Assembly (NCBI GenBank): GCA_963718585.1
Contig: OY970357.1
Location: forward strand, 510,001 to 542,000
Length of the DNA: 32,000 bases
From: Candidatus Saccharimonadota bacterium
GTDB taxonomy: Bacteria; Patescibacteriota; Patescibacteriia; 2-12-FULL-60-25
Direction: 5' to 3'
In this document: positions 7,008 to 14,333 of the stretch, piece by piece
Layout of the letters: each line of letters starts with the position of its first letter
Numbering within the stretch: the first letter of the stretch is position 1
Notes under the pieces: model-generated
Databases searched by the model: none
Told to the model about the DNA's origin: nothing
The model's input: the letters and a program-made list of their open reading frames with translations, nothing else
Made by a program: the position numbers and the translations under genes

Positions 7008-8882
7008 TCACGCGTTCGGTCCGGTCACGGTCGCCTTGATCCGGCGGACCCCAGCGGATACCGCCTCTTCTTTTTTGATCTTGAAACTCCCCAATTCCCC
7101 TGTATGGGTCACGTGCGGTCCTCCGCAGATCTCTTTGGAGAAATAGCCCTTTTCATCATCTCCAACGATATAGACCTTGATCTTGCCGCCAAGCTGCGCA
7201 TATTTATCCTCAAAATAGCCAAGTGCGCCTGAGTTCTTCGCATCTTCCAGCGACATGACCTCGAAATGGACCGGATAATCCGCCTTGATCGCATCGTTCA
7301 CGATCTGTTCGACTTTAGCGATCTCCTCGGGTGTCATCTTCTGCGGGTGCGAAAAATCAAAGCGCAGTCGTTCTGCCGTGATATTGCTCCCCTTTTGTTC
7401 CACATGGTCGCCCAACACCGTCCGTAGTGCCTTATGGAGGAGATGCGTCGCCGTATGAAGTCTCGTCGTCTCCTCGGAGGAATCAGCCAACCCGCCCTTG
7501 AACGTTCCAGCACTTGCCGTACGTGACAACTCTTGATGCTTCTTGAATTCCGCGGTAAACGCATCACGGTCCACGGACTGCCCTTGCTCGCGCAAGATCT
7601 CTTCCGTCAGCTCCAGCGGAAATCCATACGTCGAGAAAAGGACGAATGCCTGTTCGCCGGTCACAGGGCCCTTTGCGCGCATCTTTTCGAGTTCTTTCAT
7701 CCCTTTTTCCAGGGTCGCGGCGAATTTCTCCTCTTCTTTGACGACCTCGTCCATGATCCGGCCCCGGTTGGCCTCAAGCTCTTCGTAGAACGTCCCGTAT
7801 TCGCCGATGACCACGGCGGCGAGCTTGCCGAGAAATGCCCCGTCGATCCCGAGCCGCTTCCCCTCCCGAACGGTCCGACGGAGCAAACGCCGGACGATGT
7901 ATCCTTGTCCAACGTTCGACGGCGCAACGCCGCGCGCATCGCCGATCACGAACGTCGCCGCGCGGATATGGTCTGCGATGATCCGCATGGATCGATCCGT
8001 TGCTACATCCGTGCCATAGGTCTTGCCGCTGAGTTCTGCGATCGCCCCCATCAACACACGGAATTCCTGCGTATCAAAGACCGTCGGCACGTCTTGCATG
8101 ATCGCGGCCATGCGCTCCAATCCCATGCCCGTATCCACGTTCTTCTGCGCCAGCGGAGCGAAGGTCCCATCCGCCTGTTTGTCATACTGCATGAACACGT
8201 CATTCCAGATCTCGACGAACCGCCCGCAATCACAGTTCGGATGGCAGACCGCACCGAACGCGGGATCATGCGCTCGTCCCGTATCATAGAACATCTCCGT
8301 GTCCGGTCCGCATGGCCCGATCTGACCCGCCGGTCCCCACCAATTCTTCTTTTTTGGATACGGATAGATGCGCGGACCGTCGCCGTCTTTCGCAGGTTCG
8401 TCCGTCCCGGCCATCCCGATCTCTGCCGCGATCCCCGCGACCTCGAACTGCGCCTGCCAGATCCCGATGGATTCTTCATCCCGTTCGGCGTCCGCATCCC
8501 CTTCAAAGACCGTCACATACAGTCGTTTCGGGTCCAGCCCCATCCACGCCTTCCCCGTGAGGAACTCGAACGACCAGGCGATCGCCTCAGGCTTGAAATA
8601 ATCGCCGAATGACCAGTTCCCAAGCATCTCAAAGAATGTGAGGTGCCGGTTGTCGCCGACCTCATCGATATCATCAGTCCGGAGACACTTTTGAACGTCT
8701 GCGACACGCGTTCCCATGGGATGCGCCTGACCCATGAGATACGGGACAAGCGGATGCATCCCAGCCGTCGTGAACAAGACCGTCGGGTCGTTCTCCGGGA
8801 TCAAAGACGCGCTCGGGACGATCTCGTGCCCCTTGGAACGGAAAAAATCCAGGAATTTCGTACGGATATCAGATGCGGACAT
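7008..8882 (-). CDS. alaS: alanine--tRNA ligase, short form lacking the C-terminal C-Ala domain
   Basis: From ATG 8882 the protein reads MSASDIRTKFLDFFRSKGHEIVPSASLIPENDPTVLFTTAGMHP, a canonical AlaRS N-terminus. Editing-domain motifs HTATHLLHKAL and CGGPHV are present. The protein ends ~30 aa after the editing domain. The track ORF extends to a GTG at 8924, overlapping the upstream stop as GTGA; that is an alternative start. Confidence 0.93.
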   Translation of the reverse strand: MSASDIRTKFLDFFRSKGHEIVPSASLIPENDPTVLFTTAGMHPLVPYLMGQAHPMGTRVADVQKCLRTDDIDEVGDNRHLTFFEMLGNWSFGDYFKPEAIAWSFEFLTGKAWMGLDPKRLYVTVFEGDADAERDEESIGIWQAQFEVAGIAAEIGMAGTDEPAKDGDGPRIYPYPKKKNWWGPAGQIGPCGPDTEMFYDTGRAHDPAFGAVCHPNCDCGRFVEIWNDVFMQYDKQADGTFAPLAQKNVDTGMGLERMAAIMQDVPTVFDTQEFRVLMGAIAELSGKTYGTDVATDRSMRIIADHIRAATFVIGDARGVAPSNVGQGYIVRRLLRRTVREGKRLGIDGAFLGKLAAVVIGEYGTFYEELEANRGRIMDEVVKEEEKFAATLEKGMKELEKMRAKGPVTGEQAFVLFSTYGFPLELTEEILREQGQSVDRDAFTAEFKKHQELSRTASAGTFKGGLADSSEETTRLHTATHLLHKALRTVLGDHVEQKGSNITAERLRFDFSHPQKMTPEEIAKVEQIVNDAIKADYPVHFEVMSLEDAKNSGALGYFEDKYAQLGGKIKVYIVGDDEKGYFSKEICGGPHVTHTGELGSFKIKKEEAVSAGVRRIKATVTGPNA

Positions 8883-8920
8883 ATCGAAATGAGCGTACAC
8901 GAAGGCACGAAGAGCATCAA

Positions 8921-9733
8921 TCACCCGACCTCGCCCTTGGATTGGTCCGTCAGACGATCGATCTCAGCCAACGGCGTGCCTTTACGCTCACGAGAAAGAC
9001 TCTGATGGACCAACTCTGCCTGATTCGCGAAGACGCGCAGGAGCGAGACCTCGACATCATCCAATGGGCCATCAGCGAGTTCGACAGCGAGGAACGCCCG
9101 TACGCCTGCATTGCGCCGGTCACTCGGCACGGCGATGAGACGCCCCGAGGCCGTCGTGAGGATGGCCGATGATTCGCCGCGATCATGCATCAATTTGAGA
9201 TCCTTATTCGCGACGACCAGCGGTTTCCCATCCAGCGCGTGATGGGTCTCGGTCTCGGTCCGCAAGCGTTCAAGGTCCACGAAACGCAATAATGCATGCG
9301 GGGATCCAGCCGCCGTCGCCGCATTCGCGACCAACGACTCCAACAGATCCTTCGTATACGTATTCGCATCGACCAAGGTCAGCGACGTTTGGTTCGCGAG
9401 CTTTTGGAGCAGGTCGATCCGCCGGTTCACGGACCCGATATATTTGTACGATTCGATCAATTCCTTCTTCGCCCGATCCGCAGAATCGATGGCCTCGTCC
9501 CGTTCTTTCAACCGGCTTTCCATGATCCGATTGTAGACCACGAAGGTCAAAAGCCCGGCCAGCCCAAATGACAGGATGAGGATCTCTTCGACCGAGGATT
9601 CCTGCAATCCAAAGAACCCGCGGTCCACGATCGATGGGGACATGACCGCAAGTACGAAAAAGAGCAGATACACGAGCGAGACCCACTCGATATTCAAACG
9701 CGCCCCTTTCGTTGGCGCGGTTTCATTTGACAT
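8921..9733 (-). CDS. membrane-anchored hypothetical protein (2 TM + coiled coil + GAF-like C-terminal domain)
   Basis: Hydrophobic segments WVSLVYLLFFVLAVM and ILILSFGLAGLLTFVVY, then a charged helix (RLKERDEAIDSADRAKKELIESYKYIG), then ~150 aa with an alternating beta/alpha pattern resembling GAF. The function call is weak. Confidence 0.6.
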   Translation of the reverse strand: MSNETAPTKGARLNIEWVSLVYLLFFVLAVMSPSIVDRGFFGLQESSVEEILILSFGLAGLLTFVVYNRIMESRLKERDEAIDSADRAKKELIESYKYIGSVNRRIDLLQKLANQTSLTLVDANTYTKDLLESLVANAATAAGSPHALLRFVDLERLRTETETHHALDGKPLVVANKDLKLMHDRGESSAILTTASGRLIAVPSDRRNAGVRAFLAVELADGPLDDVEVSLLRVFANQAELVHQSLSRERKGTPLAEIDRLTDQSKGEVG

Positions 9734-9757
9734 GGACCAAGGGTAGCAGGCCGCGAG

Positions 9758-10849
9758 TCAAGCAGCCAGTCGGGGCAAGATCACCCCGCCACCGAGGCAT
9801 TCTGCACCTGTATAGAGCACCGCGGACTGACCAGGCGCGACGGCTTTGACCGATGCATCAAAAGAGATGTGAAGTCGTGTGCCCGCTCGACGAATGGTCG
9901 CCTTCACCGGCGGCTGACGGTATCGCACCTGAACTTCGCATCGCATCGGGAGGCGTGGTGCGCGCCCGCGTGTCCAGTGGAGATCCGAGATCTGCGCATC
10001 GTTGGCCGTGAGAAGCGGGTGACTCGCTCCCGGAACGACGATGAGCCGGTTCTGCGCAACATCCTTGGCTGCGACATACCAGGCCTCCCCGCCCTTCGAC
10101 ACCTTGATCCCCTGTCGCTGACCGATCGTATAGAGGTCAAGCCCATCATGACGCCCGATCTTCGTCCCGGACGCGTCCACGATATCACCGGGTTTGGAAG
10201 GGATCTTCTTCCGAAGAAAGGTCTCCATATCCAACTTGCCGATGAAACAGATCCCCTGACTATCCGGCTTTCCCGCGACCGGCAGATCGAATGCACGCGC
10301 CTGGGTGCGGACCGCCGCTTTTCGCAGATGCCCGATCGGAAAAAGCGTCTTCCGTAAGACGCCCTGCGGGACGCGATACAAAAAATAAGACTGATCCTTG
10401 TCCGGATCCATCCCGCGCAACAGGTGCGCGGTCCGACCGACCGTTCGGATACGCGCGTAATGCCCGGTTGCGACAGCATCGAACCCGAGACGCTCCGCCT
10501 CATCTGCGAACAAGCCGAATTTGATGAACTCGTTGCACAAAACGTCCGGATTGGGCGTGATCCCGGTCTCATATCCGCGCAACATCTCTGCGACCACCTT
10601 TTCCCGATAGGCTTTTTCAAAATCAAACGTCAACAATGGGATCTTGAGCTTTGCCGCGACACGCATCGCATCCCGACGCTCGCCGCGCCAGGCGCATTCG
10701 CCGGTCCATAGATCCTTGGTGTCACTCCAATTCTTGATGAACCCTCCGACGACCGTGTATCCGCGCTTCACGAGCAATGCGGCGGCGACGCTCGAATCCA
10801 CCCCACCGGACATCCCGACGAGGACGGAGGGTTTACGGCGTCGCATCAT
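9758..10849 (-). CDS. mnmA: tRNA 2-thiouridine(34) synthase MnmA
   Basis: PP-loop VLVGMSGGVDSSVAAALL, plus CNEFIKFG and ATGHYAR motifs. 4-nt overlap with rlmN. Confidence 0.92.
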   Translation of the reverse strand: MMRRRKPSVLVGMSGGVDSSVAAALLVKRGYTVVGGFIKNWSDTKDLWTGECAWRGERRDAMRVAAKLKIPLLTFDFEKAYREKVVAEMLRGYETGITPNPDVLCNEFIKFGLFADEAERLGFDAVATGHYARIRTVGRTAHLLRGMDPDKDQSYFLYRVPQGVLRKTLFPIGHLRKAAVRTQARAFDLPVAGKPDSQGICFIGKLDMETFLRKKIPSKPGDIVDASGTKIGRHDGLDLYTIGQRQGIKVSKGGEAWYVAAKDVAQNRLIVVPGASHPLLTANDAQISDLHWTRGRAPRLPMRCEVQVRYRQPPVKATIRRAGTRLHISFDASVKAVAPGQSAVLYTGAECLGGGVILPRLAA

Positions 10850-11931
10850 ACGGCCGGGGTACGGCGTGCTTCGCGCTGTTCACGTGCCGCTTCCTTCCCC
10901 TGGCGGACCGATCCCGACGCCTCAGAGACCGCGAGTTGCCCACATGCGGCATCGATATCCTCGCCGAACGTCCGTCGGTGGGTGACCGGGATCTCCATCT
11001 CCTCGAGCCAGCGCAAAAATTGCATCCGATGATCCGTAGCGGTCGATGTGAATGCGTCCGTATCGTGATATTTGATCAGATTGACGTGGTACAACCGTCG
11101 GTTGTGCTGGAGGAGTTGCGCAAGGGCTTCCGCCTCATCCCGCGTGTCATTGATCCCATCCAGCAGGAGATATTCAAAGAAGACCTTCCGATTGGTCTTT
11201 GTCGCATACGCATCCACAGCTGCCATGAGCTTTTCAACCGGGTACGCACGATTGACCGGCATGATGCGCGTCCGTGTCTCATTCACCGCTGAATGCAGAG
11301 AGATCGCGAGATTCACCTGCAAAGGCTCTTCGGCAAGCTTTTTGATCGCCGGCACGATGCCGCACGTCGAGATGGTAATGTGTCGCGCACCGAGATCGAC
11401 CCCTTCATGGTCGTTCAACAAACGGACCGCCGCCATCACGTTGTCATAATTGTGGAACGGCTCCCCCATGCCCATGAAGACGACGTTCGTCACGCGTGCC
11501 CGCTCGGTCTGCAAAAGACGGATGTAATACACCACCTGCTCGACCATCTCGTCGCGCGTCAGATTGCGCGTCAGCCCCATGGTCCCGGTCGCGCAAAACG
11601 AACAGCCCATGGGACAGCCGACCTGAGACGAGATGCATACGGTATTCCGTCCACCCGCGTGCCGCATGAGGACGGCTTCGATCTTTTTTCCATCCACGCA
11701 CGCAAATAAGGTCTTGACCGTATCTCCGTTCGCACTCGTCTTGGTGGTGACGGGTGTGAGCGTGTCCCACGGCACATCCTCAGCAAGCCCGTCACGCAAT
11801 GCCTTAGGGAACGTACTCAATGCCTCCCAGGAGGAAATACCTTCCGCGTAAAAAGCCCGTTTGGCCTGTGCCAAACGGTATGCGGGTTCAGTACGGGCCT
11901 TGAGAGCGGCCCCGAGCGCGGTGAGGTCCAT
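10846..11931 (-). CDS. rlmN: 23S rRNA/tRNA (adenine-C2)-methyltransferase RlmN, radical SAM
   Basis: Radical-SAM CPMGCSFCATG (Cx3Cx2C), plus NVVFMGMGEPFHNYDNV and a conserved C-terminal Cys (DIDAACGQL). Confidence 0.92.
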   Translation of the reverse strand: MDLTALGAALKARTEPAYRLAQAKRAFYAEGISSWEALSTFPKALRDGLAEDVPWDTLTPVTTKTSANGDTVKTLFACVDGKKIEAVLMRHAGGRNTVCISSQVGCPMGCSFCATGTMGLTRNLTRDEMVEQVVYYIRLLQTERARVTNVVFMGMGEPFHNYDNVMAAVRLLNDHEGVDLGARHITISTCGIVPAIKKLAEEPLQVNLAISLHSAVNETRTRIMPVNRAYPVEKLMAAVDAYATKTNRKVFFEYLLLDGINDTRDEAEALAQLLQHNRRLYHVNLIKYHDTDAFTSTATDHRMQFLRWLEEMEIPVTHRRTFGEDIDAACGQLAVSEASGSVRQGKEAAREQREARRTPAV

Positions 11932-11964
11932 GGGAAGCAGGGCGAGCAGATTGCGCCGCCACGA

Positions 11965-12855
11965 TCATTGGGATTCCCACTTATACGATGCCCAGGCCCA
12001 ATTGGCAAGGCTTTTGGCCGTATCGAAAGAAGATTGATAGCCCGGAGAGCCCAGAACGACGACCAATAACGGTGGTTTATCCGGGTCATTCGACATGGTC
12101 CGCATCTTCACCACGAGGTTATATCGGGATTCATAGAGAAAACCCGTCTTTCCCCCCAGAACATACATATCCGGATCACGCGTCAGGAGACGGTCCGTAT
12201 TCGTCAGCGTATGATGAAGGGTCGGCCCGTATGCCGTAAACGAATATTTCATCGTGGTCGCCGCGGAATGGATCAACCATGTATTGAACGCAACGCTTGC
12301 GAGTTTGGAGATATCCGTGGCTGTGATCGTGTTCGCCGGATCCATGCCGCTTGGTTCGACGTAATGAGAATTCGTCATCCCGAGCGCTTTCGCTTTTGCG
12401 TTCATGGCCGCGACGAATTGTGTCTGTGTGAGTCCGGTGGAGCGCGACAGCGCCATCGCCGCATTGTTCGCGCTCGCGACCAACGCCGAATACAGCAATT
12501 GCTTCACGGTCGCGGACGAACCCGTCCACACTATCAATCGCGCCCCGCCGACCTCATCACTCTTCACGAACGACATCCGTTTAGACCAATTCGGTCCACG
12601 TTCCACCGTCACAAGCGCGGTCATGAGCTTTGTCAGACTGGCACCCGACCATTTGCGGTCGGGGAGATACTGATACAATCGCTTCCCCGTCCCGGCATCG
12701 ATGATCAACGCGGATGCATATTGATCCGCTGACCGCGGATACAGGATCGAATTGGGTTTCACGACCGGAGTGCGGACAGACGCAAAGACCGGCGTGATGG
12801 ACCCCGCAAAAATAAGGGAACTCACGCTAAACAAAGCGAAAAAACGACGGATCAT
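11965..12855 (-). CDS. serine-type D-Ala-D-Ala carboxypeptidase (peptidase S11, PBP5-like)
   Basis: N-terminal signal/anchor, then SxxK (SLTK), SxN (SAN) and KTG (GGKTGF) motifs in the correct order. Confidence 0.85.
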   Translation of the reverse strand: MIRRFFALFSVSSLIFAGSITPVFASVRTPVVKPNSILYPRSADQYASALIIDAGTGKRLYQYLPDRKWSGASLTKLMTALVTVERGPNWSKRMSFVKSDEVGGARLIVWTGSSATVKQLLYSALVASANNAAMALSRSTGLTQTQFVAAMNAKAKALGMTNSHYVEPSGMDPANTITATDISKLASVAFNTWLIHSAATTMKYSFTAYGPTLHHTLTNTDRLLTRDPDMYVLGGKTGFLYESRYNLVVKMRTMSNDPDKPPLLVVVLGSPGYQSSFDTAKSLANWAWASYKWESQ

Positions 12856-12886
12856 ACATCCATTGTCGCGTGGATCCGCATAATGG

Positions 12887-13645
12887 TCAACGTTGGACGA
12901 TCACGGGCGTCCCGACCGGCGTCCAATCGTACAAGTTCTTTGCCGGTCCGACGCCTAAGCGCACACATCCATGTGAGACCGGTGTCCCAAGATGATCCGC
13001 CCCTTCTTTTGCTCCACCTGGCCACTCGGGCAACTCGTGGATCCCGTCTCCATACCAGGTGAACTCCATCCACCACGGCATCCATAGACTCGCCATATGC
13101 GACCACGCACGTGGATTCTTATTCAACACATGGAACGTGCCGACCGGCGTAGGCGTTGATGGCTTTCCGGTCGATACGGTGTATGACGCCAGTGTCACAC
13201 CGCCAAGGCGTTGATCGAGCTGTTGATTCTTCAGGTGGATCACGATCTCCTTCTGAAGGGGCATAGGTGACGCGGAGGTCGGCGAATACCCGGAATCGAC
13301 CTCCAATCCATCCGGATATCCATCGCCGTCCGTATCCGCGGCCATGGGGTCCGAACCGAACAGGAGCTCCATTCGATCGTTCAATCCATCATGGTCGTAG
13401 TCCGCATCTTTCAGAGACCCCGATCCGTTCGGGTCATATCCGTTCACGATCTCCAAACGATCCGGATAGCCGTCTCCGTCCGTATCTGCCTTCGTGGGGT
13501 CTGTGTGAAAAACCTGTGTTTCCCACACATCCGGCAAGCCGTCACCATCCGTGTCGGTCGCGGATGTTGCCGCGAATGTCACGCGTGATAGGACGAGCCC
13601 GACGATGACGGCTACGAACCCGACGATCCAGAACGGACGACGCAT
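12887..13645 (-). CDS. L,D-transpeptidase (YkuD domain) with N-terminal thrombospondin-type-3-like calcium-binding repeats
   Basis: Signal/anchor MRRPFWIVGFVAVIVGLVL; four D-x-D-x-D-G-x-x-D repeats (DTDGDGLPD, DTDGDGYPD, DYDHDGLND, DTDGDGYPD); C-terminal YkuD catalytic motif SHGCVRL. Confidence 0.88.
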   Translation of the reverse strand: MRRPFWIVGFVAVIVGLVLSRVTFAATSATDTDGDGLPDVWETQVFHTDPTKADTDGDGYPDRLEIVNGYDPNGSGSLKDADYDHDGLNDRMELLFGSDPMAADTDGDGYPDGLEVDSGYSPTSASPMPLQKEIVIHLKNQQLDQRLGGVTLASYTVSTGKPSTPTPVGTFHVLNKNPRAWSHMASLWMPWWMEFTWYGDGIHELPEWPGGAKEGADHLGTPVSHGCVRLGVGPAKNLYDWTPVGTPVIVQR

Positions 13646-13648
13646 ACC

Positions 13649-14323
13649 TCACGTCGTCTTCAACGCGTCCGCCATCCACTTGGCCGCTTTATCCGCCAAT
13701 TTCGCATCCGCATTGAAGATCGCCGTCCCATGACCGGCATTCGTATAGGGAAGCATGGTCTTGATGGTCACAGGCGCATCGTCGTACAATCTTTTACTCA
13801 CGCTGTACGATTCGACATCATCTTCGGAAGAGACGATGAGCAGCTGTTGCGACGGTAAGAGCTTTTCCATATCCTCTGCGGTCTTGAACCCGTGATAATC
13901 GCCGGGGGACATCAGGAAGGCACCTGCCAATTGCGGTTCTTCACCAAGCTCACGAAGAGCAAGACTTGCGCCGATGGACGCGCCACCCAGAGCGATCTGC
14001 TTGAGCTCGAGATCCCGACTCCGCACCCAGTCGACCGCCGCTGCGACATCGAAGATGGATGACTGTTGCTGTTCATCATTGAAATCCCGATAGTCGATCC
14101 GCGTTCCATTCACGAGTTCGGTACTGTCCCCATGACCACGCAAGTCGATGGCGAATGAACCGATCCCACGCGCATTCAATGCGCGCGTGAACCCCGTCCA
14201 GGATGCGCGGGTCGCCGGCATCATGTGCAGGAGGATCGCCGCGCCGATCATGGTCGATGCGGGCGACCAATCGCCAACGATGCGGACATCGTCGAGCGTA
14301 GTGAGCGTAATGCGTTCTGCCAT
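13649..14323 (-). CDS. alpha/beta hydrolase
   Basis: Nucleophile elbow GGASIGAS, HGDS and NAGHG motifs. The track ORF extends to 14413 but would overlap the upstream gene by 80 nt. The ATG at 14323 (MAERITLTTLDDVRIVG...) avoids that overlap. Confidence 0.8.
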   Translation of the reverse strand: MAERITLTTLDDVRIVGDWSPASTMIGAAILLHMMPATRASWTGFTRALNARGIGSFAIDLRGHGDSTELVNGTRIDYRDFNDEQQQSSIFDVAAAVDWVRSRDLELKQIALGGASIGASLALRELGEEPQLAGAFLMSPGDYHGFKTAEDMEKLLPSQQLLIVSSEDDVESYSVSKRLYDDAPVTIKTMLPYTNAGHGTAIFNADAKLADKAAKWMADALKTT

Positions 14324-14333
14324 AGGTTGAAGG

